The notes under the pieces are model-generated. The model ran no database searches. It was not told the origin of the DNA and saw nothing but the letters and a program-made list of their open reading frames with translations. Shown here one piece after another: positions 28,347 to 39,023 of a stretch of 64,000 nucleotides of DNA. The translations under genes and the position numbers were made by a program. Source of the DNA: Candidatus Zambryskiibacteriota bacterium (GTDB taxonomy: Bacteria; Patescibacteriota; Minisyncoccia; Phycocordibacterales; WO2-35-19); assembly GCA_963840745.1 (NCBI GenBank), contig CAWJAC010000005.1:17615-81614 (forward strand), read 5' to 3'. How positions within the stretch are numbered: the first letter of the stretch is position 1; each line of letters begins with the position of its first letter.

Positions 28347-28375
28347 TTGATTTAAAATTGCAGATAGGCTATAAT
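28347..28375 (+). promoter_or_regulatory. sigma70-like promoter (TTGATT-N17-TATAAT) with long 5' UTR ahead of csp
   Basis: Hexamers read directly. ~75-nt leader before the cold-shock protein start. Confidence 0.4.
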
Positions 28376-28452
28376 GAAGAAGTATTAGAAGAATACAAAA
28401 ATAAAGTCGAGTTTCTATCTATACTATAATAAATAACAAAAAAAATAATTTC

Positions 28453-28659
28453 ATGACAGGAACAATCAAGAAGCTTAATGAAAGAGGATTTGGATTCATT
28501 GAACAGACTGGTCAAACCGGGGATCTTTTCTTTCACAAAAGCGCTCTCGTTGGTGTCACTTTTGAAGAATTGAAAGAAGGCGATAGCGTCACTTTCGAAA
28601 TCAAACCGGGCGAAGAAGGCGGCAAGGGCCCTTCCGCCGTAAACGTTTCTCGCGCTTAA
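28453..28659 (+). CDS. cold-shock protein (CspA family)
   Basis: 68 aa. 'GTIKKLNERGFGFIEQ...DLFFHKSAL' RNP motifs. Confidence 0.9.
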   Translation: MTGTIKKLNERGFGFIEQTGQTGDLFFHKSALVGVTFEELKEGDSVTFEIKPGEEGGKGPSAVNVSRA

Positions 28660-28692
28660 TAATTGCATTAGTATTTATTAATAATAAAAAAT

Positions 28693-28947
28693 ATGGCTAA
28701 AACAAATTCGGCTTTTATGAAGCCGATGACAGTGAGTTCTGAGTTGGCGGCCGTTGTGGGCAATGGTCCAATGCCCAGATCAGAAGTTGTTAAAAAACTT
28801 TGGGTTTACATCAAAGGCAAGAAACTTCAGGATCCGACAAACAAGCGAAATATCAATGCTGATGAAAATTTGAAGAAAGTTTTTGGCGGCAAAGCGGTAG
28901 TAAATATGTTTGAAATGACTAAACTTGTTTCTAAACATTTGTCTTAA
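28693..28947 (+). CDS. SWIB/MDM2 domain protein
   Basis: 84 aa. 'LAAVVGNGPMPRSEVVKKLWVYIKGKKLQDPTNKRNINADENLKKVFG'. Confidence 0.75.
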   Translation: MAKTNSAFMKPMTVSSELAAVVGNGPMPRSEVVKKLWVYIKGKKLQDPTNKRNINADENLKKVFGGKAVVNMFEMTKLVSKHLS

Positions 28948-28989
28948 TTAGGTAGCAATAAAGCTAAAAAATCAGTCTTATAATATGCT

Positions 28990-29532
28990 ATGAAAAATAA
29001 AGAAGTAGCGGTGTTTGGTGGTGGCTGTTTTTGGTGCACTGAAGCGGTTTTCAAAATGATAAAAGGGGTTACTCTGGTAAAACCCGGCTATGCTGGCGGT
29101 AAAACCGAAAACCCGACATATATAGAAGTAAGCTCGGGAAAGACCGGGCATGCCGAGGTTATATATATTGAATATGATCCGTTACAGGTTGATTACAAAG
29201 ATTTACTGACTATATTTTTTGGCAGTTATGACCCAACCGCTTTAAACAGGCAGGGTGCCGATGTGGGAACTCAGTACCGTTCTGTTATTTTTTATTCAAC
29301 AGAAAAACAAAAAGAAGAAGCGTTAAATTTTATAAAAGAAATTAATAATTCAAATAAGGAAGGCAAGCCGGTAATCACAGAAGTTACACCGCTTGATAAA
29401 TTTTATGATGCTGAAAATTATCACAAAAATTATTTTGAAAATCATAAAAAAAATCCGTATTGTGAGCTTGTTATAAATCCAAAATTGGAAAAGATTCAAA
29501 AAAATTTTGCCAACCTGTTAAAAACCATATAA
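28990..29532 (+). CDS. msrA: peptide-methionine (S)-S-oxide reductase
   Basis: 'GGGCFWCTEAVF', 'GYAGG'. Confidence 0.9.
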   Translation: MKNKEVAVFGGGCFWCTEAVFKMIKGVTLVKPGYAGGKTENPTYIEVSSGKTGHAEVIYIEYDPLQVDYKDLLTIFFGSYDPTALNRQGADVGTQYRSVIFYSTEKQKEEALNFIKEINNSNKEGKPVITEVTPLDKFYDAENYHKNYFENHKKNPYCELVINPKLEKIQKNFANLLKTI

Positions 29533-29536
29533 AAAT

Positions 29537-29935
29537 ATGAAAAAAGAACCAATGCCAAAAACAGAAGAAGAATGGAAAAAGGTTCTGACCCCGGAACAAT
29601 ATGAAATTCTTAGGGAGAGGGGGACAGAAGCTCCATTTTCAGGTAAATTGTTGAAGTCAGATAAAGATGGCGTTTTTGTCTGCGCCGCTTGCGGCAACCC
29701 TCTTTTTTCATCCGAAGCAAAATTTGAATCAGGCACTGGCTGGCCGAGTTTTGATGAAACCCTGCCGGGGGCGGTGGAGGAGAGATTAGACAATTCTCTC
29801 GGTATGGCAAGAACAGAGGTGGTTTGTTCCAGATGCGGTTCGCACTTGGGGCATTTGTTTGACGATGGACCAACTAAAACAGGCAAAAGATATTGTTTGA
29901 ATTCCGTTTGTCTAGACCTTGAGGAAAAAACATAA
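29537..29935 (+). CDS. msrB: peptide-methionine (R)-S-oxide reductase
   Basis: 'CAACGNPLF', 'GWPSF', 'RCGSHLGHLFDDGP'. Confidence 0.9.
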   Translation: MKKEPMPKTEEEWKKVLTPEQYEILRERGTEAPFSGKLLKSDKDGVFVCAACGNPLFSSEAKFESGTGWPSFDETLPGAVEERLDNSLGMARTEVVCSRCGSHLGHLFDDGPTKTGKRYCLNSVCLDLEEKT

Positions 29936-29953
29936 ACGGGTCATAATTAAATA

Positions 29954-30460
29954 ATGGATGAAAAAAGCGATATTGAAATAATCGTAAAGCAATATTTAAA
30001 GTCGGTCTATAATTTTGTCTTTCGCATTGTTGGCAATGAAAACGAAGCTAGCGACATCACTCAAGAAGTCTTTATAAAAGTTTGGAAAAATTTAAGTAAA
30101 ATTGACGAGAGTAAAAATTTCAAAACTTGGATTTTTGCTATTGCCAGAAATACAACCATAGATTGGCTTAGAAAAAGAAAAAATATTTCTTTTTCTAAAA
30201 TCGAATCCGAGGATAATTATTTTGAAGAAAACATAGAGGATATTGAACCTCTTCCGGATGAAATTTTTATTAAAAAAGAATTGGCAAAGGAAGTTGAAGA
30301 GGCTCTTACCAAAATAAGGCCCGATTTTAGGGAAATAATTTTGTTGCGTTATGTTGAAGATCTTACTTTTGAAGAAATCTCAGAAATTGTCGATAAACCT
30401 CTTAACACCGTCAAATCCCACCACCTCCGCGCCCTCTCCGCTTTGAGAAAATTTTTTTAA
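29954..30460 (+). CDS. ECF-type sigma-70 family sigma factor
   Basis: 168 aa. Region 2 'DITQEVFIKVWKNL...WIFAIARNTTIDWLRKRK' and region 4 'IILLRYVEDLTFEEISEIVDKPLNTVKSHHLRAL'. Confidence 0.85.
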   Translation: MDEKSDIEIIVKQYLKSVYNFVFRIVGNENEASDITQEVFIKVWKNLSKIDESKNFKTWIFAIARNTTIDWLRKRKNISFSKIESEDNYFEENIEDIEPLPDEIFIKKELAKEVEEALTKIRPDFREIILLRYVEDLTFEEISEIVDKPLNTVKSHHLRALSALRKFF

Positions 30461-30496
30461 GGTAAAAATGCTTTAAAATAAGGGTTAAAATGGTGA

Positions 30497-30952
30497 GTGC
30501 AACTAAATGGGAGTGAGGTACGTATTATAGATATGAAGATGGAAGAAAAATACAAAAAACTATTAGGTTCTATTAATTTTATAGAACCGCCCAAAGGACT
30601 TGGGACCAGAATTTTAGAGCGGGTAAATGCGGAAAAGGAAAGGCTGATGAGAATCAGGACTTGGGTTTTTGGAAGCGGTACGGTGGCTTCCTTTGGTCTT
30701 TCTTTGTGGGCAGTAATTTATTTGATAAAAAGCGCTCAAGAGAGCGGCTTTGTCCAATATCTCTCTTTAATTTTTTCTGAAAATGGAGTAATGCTTACGT
30801 ATTGGCGCGAGCTGTCTTTGTCTTTAGTTGAATCACTGCCAATCGTCAGCCTCATAATTTTCCTATCGGCAATTGGATTTTTTATATGGTCGTTTACAAA
30901 AATGATTTCAAACGTGCATGACAGAAATGTAGTATTATTTAGTTTTAACTAA
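30497..30952 (+). CDS. membrane protein, putative anti-sigma factor
   Basis: 151 aa (possibly starting at internal Met 30530). 'ILERVNAEKERL', then 2-3 TM helices. Positioned after the ECF sigma gene as in the 8.4-9.7 kb locus. Confidence 0.45.
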   Translation: MQLNGSEVRIIDMKMEEKYKKLLGSINFIEPPKGLGTRILERVNAEKERLMRIRTWVFGSGTVASFGLSLWAVIYLIKSAQESGFVQYLSLIFSENGVMLTYWRELSLSLVESLPIVSLIIFLSAIGFFIWSFTKMISNVHDRNVVLFSFN

Positions 30953-30957
30953 AAAAC

Positions 30958-31416
30958 ATGAAACTGGAAGACATACACGAATCAAAAATAATCCGAGACA
31001 TCATTATTATAATTGGAATAGTTATAGTTGTTCTTAGCATTTTGTTTATCGGTATAAATATAGGTGAGCGCCGAGCCAGATTTGCCGGACAGTATGGGGA
31101 TAATTTTGAAAGAAATTTTGTAGGGACAAGAAATGGAATGATGGGTGGATATTTTGGCCAAATGCTGCCGAGTGGGCACGGAGCAGTCGGAAATATTGTG
31201 AGCATCAGCTTGCCTCAAATAATTATTACCGGACCGGATAATTTAGAAAAAACTATTTTGGTTGGAACGAGCACTATAGTACGACAATTTCAGCAAAACA
31301 TTCAGAGTTCCGATTTAAAAACCGGGGATTCTGTGGTTGTCATAGGAAATCCAAATAACAGCGGTCAAATAGAGGCTGCTCTCATAAGAGTTATGCCGCA
31401 ACCTCCGCAACCTTAA
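30958..31416 (+). CDS. secreted DUF5666-like protein
   Basis: 152 aa with an N-terminal TM helix. 'GNIVSISLPQIIITGP...LKTGDSVVVIGNPNNSGQIEAALIRV' resembles the repeat unit at 9921..10667. Confidence 0.5.
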   Translation: MKLEDIHESKIIRDIIIIIGIVIVVLSILFIGINIGERRARFAGQYGDNFERNFVGTRNGMMGGYFGQMLPSGHGAVGNIVSISLPQIIITGPDNLEKTILVGTSTIVRQFQQNIQSSDLKTGDSVVVIGNPNNSGQIEAALIRVMPQPPQP

Positions 31417-31443
31417 TTCTTTAATTAATATAATCATAAAACA

Positions 31444-33093
31444 ATGTCTGATAAATTCAGTAAAATAAAAAATTGGATTATTTCGCACAAAAAGACCAGC
31501 GCGGTTTTAGCTTTGGTTATTATTTTTTTAGGATATAAAATATACCAAAACTATACCAGCACCAGCAACGACCCTAAATATATATTAACTACCGTCCAAA
31601 AAGGAGCGGTCGTGACGGCTATTACCGGCACCGGCCAAGTATCAGCCGATAATCAAGTAGACATAACGAGCAAAGCCTCCGGCAATATCACCAAGGTTTA
31701 CGTAACCGCAGGCCAGTCGGTTACAGCCGGTACTCTTTTGGCTCAGGTTGATTTCACCGACGCCGCTTTAACATTGCAATCGGCCCAGGTGGCTTATAAT
31801 AAATTTGTGGAGCCGGCTAAACCTCAAGATATAAAAGCGGCTCAAGACAGTGTCAGCTCCGCATACAATAACGGGTGGAACGCCGCTTCTTCCGCTTTTA
31901 CTGATTATCCCAACATCATAACCGGCATGGATGATTTATTTTATTCTTCAAACGGCTATTTCAGAACTTCAAGCATTAAACAAGGAAATAGTATATCCAA
32001 TTCACATATCCAAAATGCCGGATTAATTTATGACCAGGCCAAAAATCAATACACAACTGTCTTGGCAGAATATAATTCACTTAATCGCGGAAGCACTACC
32101 ACTAGCATAGATAATCTTATGAATGACACAGCTAAAATGCTGCAGACTATGGCTAATGCCTTAAAAAATACACAAAACACTGTTTCTTATATTGTACAAA
32201 ACCAGTCAGACACCAGCCCTGCCGCCACCACAGCAGCAAATAATGTTAATTCATGGCTTAGTACAATCAATACTGATTTATCCAACGTTATTTCGACTCA
32301 AACTAGCATAGTAAATTCACAAAATACACTAAATAATCTGGTGGTTGGGCCAGATCCGCTTGATGTCCAGGCCCAACAAATCTCTCTCCAAAAGGCGCAA
32401 TCAGCTTATCAGAATTATTTTATAAGAGCTCCGTTTGACGGAACTATAGCTAGAGTGCAAGCTAGCATCGGCAATCCGGCGGGTACAGTGGCAACCATAG
32501 TCAGCAACAGCAAAATCGCCACCATATCATTAAATGAAGTTGATGTGGCCAAAATACAAGTCGGCGATAAAGTTAATCTCACTTTTGATGCTATTGATGG
32601 TCTCAACATTGCTGGACAGGTGGCTGAAATAGATCAGGTGGGTACGGTCAGCCAAGGCGTCGTTAGTTATAACGTTCAAATAAGTTTCGATACTCAAGAT
32701 GACAGAGTCAAATCTGGCATGAGCGTCAACTCCTCCGTCATAACAGAGAGCAAACAAGATGTTTTGGTAGTGCCGAGCTCTGCCATTAAAACCCAAGGTA
32801 ATATTTCTTATGTCAATTATTTTGATCAGAAATATACGGATGCGCAGGCAAGCGCCGGTGTAGTTTCTGCCATAGCACCTCTTTCCAAACAAGTGGAAAT
32901 CGGCATCTCCGATGACACCAACACTGAAATTGTTTCCGGGCTTAATGAAGGTGATCAGATAGTATTGAGAACAGTAACTGGAACCACGGCAACAACGAGT
33001 GCTGCTCCAAGCATCTTTGGCGCAGCTACAGGCGGCCGAACAACCGGCGGAGGCAGCGGAGCAGCAGGCACCATCAGAAGAATTGGAGGATAA
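31444..33093 (+). CDS. efflux transporter periplasmic adaptor (HlyD/MacA-family membrane fusion protein)
   Basis: 549 aa. N-terminal TM helix, long coiled-coil, lipoyl/beta-barrel 'KIQVGDKVNLTFDAIDGLNIAGQVAEID'. Confidence 0.75.
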   Translation: MSDKFSKIKNWIISHKKTSAVLALVIIFLGYKIYQNYTSTSNDPKYILTTVQKGAVVTAITGTGQVSADNQVDITSKASGNITKVYVTAGQSVTAGTLLAQVDFTDAALTLQSAQVAYNKFVEPAKPQDIKAAQDSVSSAYNNGWNAASSAFTDYPNIITGMDDLFYSSNGYFRTSSIKQGNSISNSHIQNAGLIYDQAKNQYTTVLAEYNSLNRGSTTTSIDNLMNDTAKMLQTMANALKNTQNTVSYIVQNQSDTSPAATTAANNVNSWLSTINTDLSNVISTQTSIVNSQNTLNNLVVGPDPLDVQAQQISLQKAQSAYQNYFIRAPFDGTIARVQASIGNPAGTVATIVSNSKIATISLNEVDVAKIQVGDKVNLTFDAIDGLNIAGQVAEIDQVGTVSQGVVSYNVQISFDTQDDRVKSGMSVNSSVITESKQDVLVVPSSAIKTQGNISYVNYFDQKYTDAQASAGVVSAIAPLSKQVEIGISDDTNTEIVSGLNEGDQIVLRTVTGTTATTSAAPSIFGAATGGRTTGGGSGAAGTIRRIGG

Positions 33094-33121
33094 AAATTAC
33101 TTGTGGTGAATTTATTGAACC

Positions 33122-33826
33122 ATGATAGAAGTTAAAGACATAAGAAAAACCTATAACAGCGGAGAAAATTCCTTTGAAGCTCTCAAAGGAGTTTCTTTCA
33201 GTATAAAAGATGGAGAATTTATAGCCATTATGGGACCAAGCGGTTCCGGTAAATCAACTCTTATGCACATTCTCGGATGCCTAGATACGCCGACTTCCGG
33301 AAAATATTTTTTGGACGAAAAAGACGTGTCCACCTTAAGCGATGATCAGCTGGCAGAAATAAGAAGAGATAAAATTGGCTTTGTTTTCCAGTCTTTCAAT
33401 CTTCTTCCTAGGACTACCGTGTTGCGCAACGCCATGCTTCCTCTCATATATACAGGAGTACAAGGAGAAGAAAGGGAAAGAAGAGCTAAAGAATCTCTCT
33501 TGCATGCGGGTTTAGAAGAAAGCCATTTTGATCATCTTTCAAATCAGCTTTCTGGAGGCCAAATTCAAAGAGTGGCTATTGCGAGAGCTCTAGTAAACAA
33601 TCCTTCCCTTATACTTGCCGACGAGCCGACTGGAAATCTTGATACTAAAACCGGCGATATTGTCCTTGGCACTTTCCAAAGATTGAACGAGGAACAAGGC
33701 AGAACAATAGTGCTTATCACTCATGAGCCTGATGTGGCCGAGCATGCCGATCGAATTATTCACATCCGTGACGGCGTAATAGTAGAAGACAGCAAGAGAC
33801 ATTTAAAAAAGCGTATTAAAATTTAA
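33122..33826 (+). CDS. ABC transporter ATP-binding protein (MacB/LolD-like)
   Basis: Walker A 'GPSGSGKST', signature 'LSGGQIQRVAIARAL', Walker B 'ILADEPTGNLD'. Confidence 0.9.
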   Translation: MIEVKDIRKTYNSGENSFEALKGVSFSIKDGEFIAIMGPSGSGKSTLMHILGCLDTPTSGKYFLDEKDVSTLSDDQLAEIRRDKIGFVFQSFNLLPRTTVLRNAMLPLIYTGVQGEERERRAKESLLHAGLEESHFDHLSNQLSGGQIQRVAIARALVNNPSLILADEPTGNLDTKTGDIVLGTFQRLNEEQGRTIVLITHEPDVAEHADRIIHIRDGVIVEDSKRHLKKRIKI

Positions 33827-33828
33827 TT

Positions 33829-35052
33829 ATGAAAACTTTAGATATTTTAGAAGAAACATATTCGGCCCTTTTTTCAAACAAAGTGAGATCCGGACTCACT
33901 ATGCTGGGTATTGTTATCGGCATAAGTTCTGTCATAGCGCTCATTTCGGTCGGTCAAGGAGCTCAGAATTCTATACAAGCAAATATTCAATCAATCGGCT
34001 CCAATCTGGTTTTGGTCATGCCGGGCGCTCAAAGAGGCGTGGGAGTTTCTGTCAGCGCCGGCCGAGGCTCGGCTCAATCTTTAACTTTAGCTGACTCTCA
34101 AGCCATTGCCGGACTGACTAACGTGTTGGCGGTAGCTCCAGAAGTTGACGGTAGAGACCAAATCACAACTAAAGGACAAAATACCAATACATCAGTCATC
34201 GGAACAACAAGCAGCTATCCTGCCGTCCGCAACGTGCAAATAGCCGATGGTTCTTTTATTAGCGATCAAAATATAACCGACCTCTCTAAAGTAGCCGTCT
34301 TGGGTCCAACCGCTCGAGATGATCTTTTTGGAGTAGGCGCGACTAATGTGATAGGTCAAGATATTCGTATCAAAGGAGATGTGTTTAAAATCATAGGCAT
34401 AACGGTCGCCAAAGGAGGCAGCGGGTTTGGCAGCCAGGATGATATGATTTTCGTACCGCTATCGAGCGCCCAAAAATTTTTGGTGGGCAATGACTATCTA
34501 AGCAGTATCAGTGTTGAAGCCCAAAGTGCAGATGTTATGACAACTTTGCAAAGCGATATTACCACTCTCTTGCTTGGACGCCACAATATAAAAAATGCGG
34601 CTCAAGCTGATTTTAGCACTTTGAATGAGGCCGACATTGTGGCCACTGCTTCATCTGTCACCAGCACCTTTACAATACTACTTGGCGCTGTAGCTGGCAT
34701 ATCACTCCTCGTTGGCGGCATCGGCATTATGAATATGATGCTAACAACAGTCACGGAAAGAACGAGAGAAATCGGTTTACGCAAAGCTATCGGCGCCAAA
34801 GCTTCCGACATCAGCAAACAATTTTTGATAGAAGCGGTTATGCTAACTCTGATTGGTGGGCTGGTCGGAGTAGTTTTGGGTTGGTCGGTTTCTTTCATTG
34901 TCACTTACTTCAAAATTCTGGAAACTCAGGTTTCTATCTCTTCAATTCTTTTGGCTTTTGGAGTATCAACGCTCATTGGTATCATATTTGGATATTACCC
35001 GGCCCGCCGAGCCGCTGGGCTTAATCCAATAGATGCACTAAGATACGAGTAA
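33829..35052 (+). CDS. ABC transporter permease (FtsX/MacB family)
   Basis: 407 aa. N-terminal TM helix, large periplasmic domain, C-terminal FtsX-like 3-TM bundle. Confidence 0.8.
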   Translation: MKTLDILEETYSALFSNKVRSGLTMLGIVIGISSVIALISVGQGAQNSIQANIQSIGSNLVLVMPGAQRGVGVSVSAGRGSAQSLTLADSQAIAGLTNVLAVAPEVDGRDQITTKGQNTNTSVIGTTSSYPAVRNVQIADGSFISDQNITDLSKVAVLGPTARDDLFGVGATNVIGQDIRIKGDVFKIIGITVAKGGSGFGSQDDMIFVPLSSAQKFLVGNDYLSSISVEAQSADVMTTLQSDITTLLLGRHNIKNAAQADFSTLNEADIVATASSVTSTFTILLGAVAGISLLVGGIGIMNMMLTTVTERTREIGLRKAIGAKASDISKQFLIEAVMLTLIGGLVGVVLGWSVSFIVTYFKILETQVSISSILLAFGVSTLIGIIFGYYPARRAAGLNPIDALRYE

Positions 35053-35079
35053 TAAATATTAATTATAAAAATAAAAAAC

Positions 35080-35484
35080 ATGAACAAAAATAAAAAAATA
35101 ATTGGGGTGGTAGTTATCGTGATCGCTTTGGGTTTGTCATTTTATTCAGGCATGAGATATGATCAAAGCAACGCAGCGGCGGCTGCTGCAGCCAGGGGAG
35201 CTAATTTCCGAACTGGTGGCATAGGAGCCAGCGGAGTGCGCGGCGGAGGTACTGGAGGAGCTGGCGGCGGCACGGCGGGGGATATAATATCAAAAGATGC
35301 CACGAGTATTACTGTCAGTTTGCGGGCTGGTGGCTCAAAAATAGTTTTCTTTAGTCCATCAACTCCTATATCTGCCATTGCTTCCGGTACTCCAGCAGAT
35401 CTTATCTCCGGCAAACAAGTAGTGGTCCAAGGAACCACTAACACCGACGGCAGCGTGAGCGCCACCAGCATCCAAGTAAGATAA
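35080..35484 (+). CDS. secreted DUF5666-like protein with Gly-rich segment
   Basis: 134 aa. 'ISKDATSITVSLRAGGSKIVFFSPSTPI...GKQVVVQGTTNTDGSVSATSIQV'. Confidence 0.5.
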   Translation: MNKNKKIIGVVVIVIALGLSFYSGMRYDQSNAAAAAAARGANFRTGGIGASGVRGGGTGGAGGGTAGDIISKDATSITVSLRAGGSKIVFFSPSTPISAIASGTPADLISGKQVVVQGTTNTDGSVSATSIQVR

Positions 35485-35499
35485 ATTTTGTGATATAAT

Positions 35500-36045
35500 T
35501 TGTGTATGAAAAAAATCATATACATAATTATAGGTTTGGCAGTTATTGCTGTTTTGGTGTTGACAGTAAGGTTTGTTTTTGGCGGCCCGGAAGATAATTG
35601 GATTTGCCAGGACGGAGTTTGGGTAAAGCACGGCAATCCAAGTTTTCCTGAACCAGTATCTGGTTGTGGCAATCAAGGCAAGACAGACGATACAACAACA
35701 TCCACATCAACCGATGGGTATATATATAAAGACCTTATCAAAATAGATTCGCCGATTCAAAATCAAAAAATAAATTCTCCTGTCAGCATAAAAGGAGAGG
35801 CGCGGGGCAATTGGTATTTTGAAGCTTCTTTTCCTGTTCAAGTTTTAGATGAAGATGGAACTGTTATTGGTCGGGGTACCGGTCAAGCGCAAGGAGAATG
35901 GACAACGACAAATTTTGTGCCATTTATCGGAGAAATTAATTTCAGCAAACCAAAAGGCAAAACCGGCAGTATTGTATTCAAAAAAGACAATCCTTCTGGC
36001 CTGCCAGCAAATGACGATTCTGTTTCTATCCCAATCAATTTTTAA
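35500..36045 (+). CDS. secreted Gmad2 immunoglobulin-like domain protein
   Basis: 181 aa. 'SPVSIKGEARGNWYFEASFPVQVLDEDGTVIG...KDNPSGLPANDDSVSIPINF'. Confidence 0.6.
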   Translation: MCMKKIIYIIIGLAVIAVLVLTVRFVFGGPEDNWICQDGVWVKHGNPSFPEPVSGCGNQGKTDDTTTSTSTDGYIYKDLIKIDSPIQNQKINSPVSIKGEARGNWYFEASFPVQVLDEDGTVIGRGTGQAQGEWTTTNFVPFIGEINFSKPKGKTGSIVFKKDNPSGLPANDDSVSIPINF

Positions 36046-36155
36046 TCTGTTTCGTTCCCTGTTGTAAGGGGGAGAATAATTTGTTTTGTTGAAGCAGATG
36101 ATGTATAGTAAAATAAATTCCCTAGCGGGATTTTTAATTATTCAATTTTAACAGG

Positions 36156-37940
36156 ATGGAGATCAGAAATATTGCAATCATAGCCCACGTAGACCACGGC
36201 AAGACAGCGCTGACTGACGCTATTTTGAGGCAGACCGGTTTTGAGGAAGAAGGATTTTCGATGGATTCAAATGCGCTGGAGAAAGAACGCGGCATTACTA
36301 TTTATTCAAAAAATGCCTCAGTAATTTATAAAGGCACAAAAATAAATATAGTTGATACCCCGGGCCACGCAGACTTCGGCTCTGAAGTAGAGCGAATCTT
36401 GCGTTCCATTGATTCGGTTTTACTTGTGGTAGACGCACAGGAAGGACCTATGCCTCAGACGCGCTTTGTTTTGAAAAAGTCATTAGAGATCGGACACAAA
36501 CCGATTGTAGTTTTAAATAAAATTGATCGTCCCGGTGCCGACATTGACAAGATTAAAACAACCCATGATGAAATTTTTGAATTATTTTTTGATTTGGGTG
36601 CAAGCAATGAGCAACTTAATTTCACTACTATTTATGCCATTGCCAAAAACGGAGTGGCTATTAAAAATTTGGGTGATGAGAGTGATAATATAAAACCTCT
36701 GCTCGATGTTATTTTGGAAAAGGTGCCACCGGCAAAAAACAATAAAGAATTGCCTTTGCGCGCTCAGCCTTTCAATTTAGCTTACGATAATTTTTTAGGA
36801 AGAATGGCTATCGCTAGAATTTATGAAGGCACTTTAAAAAACGGCCAAAAAGTTTTTATTAAAAAAGAAGGTAAAAATGAGGAGGGCAAAATAACAAAAA
36901 TATTTAATTTTGAGGGGATAAACAGAAAAGAGATCAGCGAAGCCGAAGCGGGAGATATAGTGATGATTGCCGGCCTGCCTAATATTTATATAGGCGACAC
37001 TATTACGGATAATCCGGAAACAGAAAGTTTGCCAGCAATCAAGGTAGATGAGCCGACGATTGCGGTAAATTTTTTAGTCAATGATTCACCTTTTGGCGGC
37101 AGGGAGGGCAAGTATGTCAACAGCCGACAGATCAGAGAACGTCTGGAAAAAGAATTGGAGGTGAATGTCGGACTCAAAGTTGATTTCGAAGGGGATCAAA
37201 TGAAAGTTTATGGGCGAGGTGAGCTTCATATAGCTATACTACTGGAGAACATGAGAAGGGAAGGATTTGAAATGCAAGTCTCACAACCACAGGTCATTAT
37301 AAAAGAAATTGATGAAGCAAAAAGTGAACCATTTGAAGAAGTGACTATAGATATTCCCAAAGAGATGCAGGGAGTTATCATAGAAAAGTTGGGCAAGCGG
37401 GGCGCCATAATGACAAACACCAAACATCACGGCAATCACTTGCGCCTGATTTTTGAAGGACCGACCAGGGGACTGCTCGGCTATCGCAATCAATTTGTCA
37501 TTGATACCAAAGGTGAAGGAATTTTTGGCAGCCGGGTAGTGGGTTTTAGGCCATATGCAGGAGAAATAGAGAAAAAAGCTACCGGCTCACAGACATCAAT
37601 GGCAAACGGCAAGGCTTTGGCTTTCGCTTTAGACAACTTACAAACTAGAGGCACTTTATATATAGGTCCGACAACTGAAGTTTATGAAGGTATGGTCATA
37701 GGCAACACGGCCAAAGGCGACGAGCTTTCAGTCAATCCAACCAAAGGCAAACAACTCACCAACATGAGAGCCTCCGGTTCTGATGACAAAATTTATTTAG
37801 CTCCACCGGTGCCAATCACCATTGAAAGTGGACTTGAAATAATGGCCGAAGATGAATATCTGGAGATCACTCCCAAATCAGTGCGTCTGCGCAAAAAACT
37901 TTTGACTGAACTCGAACGTGTGAAAGCAGGAAAAAAATGA
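36156..37940 (+). CDS. typA: translational GTPase TypA/BipA
   Basis: 594 aa. '[17 protein letters not shown]', 'DTPGHADFG', 'NKIDR'. Confidence 0.9.
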   Translation: MEIRNIAIIAHVDHGKTALTDAILRQTGFEEEGFSMDSNALEKERGITIYSKNASVIYKGTKINIVDTPGHADFGSEVERILRSIDSVLLVVDAQEGPMPQTRFVLKKSLEIGHKPIVVLNKIDRPGADIDKIKTTHDEIFELFFDLGASNEQLNFTTIYAIAKNGVAIKNLGDESDNIKPLLDVILEKVPPAKNNKELPLRAQPFNLAYDNFLGRMAIARIYEGTLKNGQKVFIKKEGKNEEGKITKIFNFEGINRKEISEAEAGDIVMIAGLPNIYIGDTITDNPETESLPAIKVDEPTIAVNFLVNDSPFGGREGKYVNSRQIRERLEKELEVNVGLKVDFEGDQMKVYGRGELHIAILLENMRREGFEMQVSQPQVIIKEIDEAKSEPFEEVTIDIPKEMQGVIIEKLGKRGAIMTNTKHHGNHLRLIFEGPTRGLLGYRNQFVIDTKGEGIFGSRVVGFRPYAGEIEKKATGSQTSMANGKALAFALDNLQTRGTLYIGPTTEVYEGMVIGNTAKGDELSVNPTKGKQLTNMRASGSDDKIYLAPPVPITIESGLEIMAEDEYLEITPKSVRLRKKLLTELERVKAGKK

Positions 37941-37942
37941 AG

Positions 37943-38989
37943 TTATTTTTGGTTTAAATAAGCTTCGGCAAGCTCTTTGATAAAGCCGGGGCCGCTCCAA
38001 ATCATGCCGGTTATGAGAGCGACCAGGTCGGAGCCAGCTTCGAATTTTTCTTTCATATTTTGAACAGACATGACGCCGCCACAGCCGATGATGGTAAATC
38101 TTTTGCCATAAGCGGCCCTGGTCTGCTTGATCAGTTTATTTGATAACTCAAAGCATGGTTTGCCGGAGAGTCCGCCTTTGTATTCTTTGGGCGCTTCATC
38201 TTTAAAATCCAGAGAATTATAATCTTTGTTTAAATTGCCAATAACTACACCCTTTATTATTTCAAATTTTTCTGAAATTTTTAAAAGTTCATCAAACTTT
38301 GACCATTCTAAATTTATAGGCATTTTTACATAAACAGGCTTCTTACATTTAACTTCAGAAATTTTTGAAAGCAATCGCGAAAGCAGTGTCGGATTGGCAA
38401 AAGTTTCGCCACCAAAAGCATTGGGGCAGGAAATATTGAGAGTGTAGTAATCGCCAACATTTTCTTCGTTCAATCTTTTAAAACTATAAAAATAATCTTC
38501 GATGCCCGCTTCCACTGAAGCAGATTTTTCATCATTAGTGCGAGCGATAGAAATTCCCACAACAAAACCGTCACGCTTCTTGAAATTTTTTAGCCGTTTA
38601 ATAATAGTTTCCACTCCATCGTTGCGCAAACCTTTGTTGACTAAAATGCTCTGTGATTTGGGCAAGCGCGCCATACGCGGCCTATTGTTACCGGTACAAC
38701 TTCTAGCTGTGACAGAGCCAATCTCGACTCCACCAAAAGAAACTTCGGGCAAAATATTTATAAGGCGGCCATTGTAGTCAAATCCGGCCGAAAGCAAAAA
38801 AGGAGTTCGGTAAGTCAGCCCATCAACTTTTTTTGAAATACTAATGCCTCTGTATTTATAGAAAACAGCAGTAAATTTTTTAAGCAGTGAACTTTTGCCC
38901 AAAAACTGGCCAATAGCGATAAACCAGTTATGTACATCTTCCGGATCAAATTTGAAAAGTATGGGTTTTAAGACCTTTTGATATAACAT
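37943..38989 (-). CDS. pyrD: dihydroorotate dehydrogenase (class 2, quinone-dependent type)
   Basis: 'GFDYNG', 'NISCPN', 'IIGCGGVMSVQNMKEKFEAGSDLVALITGMIWSGP'. Start taken at internal Met 'MLYQKVLKPILFKFDPEDVH'; the track ORF extends to 39052. Confidence 0.8.
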   Translation of the reverse strand: MLYQKVLKPILFKFDPEDVHNWFIAIGQFLGKSSLLKKFTAVFYKYRGISISKKVDGLTYRTPFLLSAGFDYNGRLINILPEVSFGGVEIGSVTARSCTGNNRPRMARLPKSQSILVNKGLRNDGVETIIKRLKNFKKRDGFVVGISIARTNDEKSASVEAGIEDYFYSFKRLNEENVGDYYTLNISCPNAFGGETFANPTLLSRLLSKISEVKCKKPVYVKMPINLEWSKFDELLKISEKFEIIKGVVIGNLNKDYNSLDFKDEAPKEYKGGLSGKPCFELSNKLIKQTRAAYGKRFTIIGCGGVMSVQNMKEKFEAGSDLVALITGMIWSGPGFIKELAEAYLNQK

Positions 38990-39023
38990 ATTTGAACTGT
39001 GATTATAGTATAATTTAAGAGAA

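Noticed and set aside
28369-28668. 99-aa minus-strand ORF
   Set aside because: It is antisense to the cold-shock protein gene (28453..28659), which has an unmistakable CspA signature.
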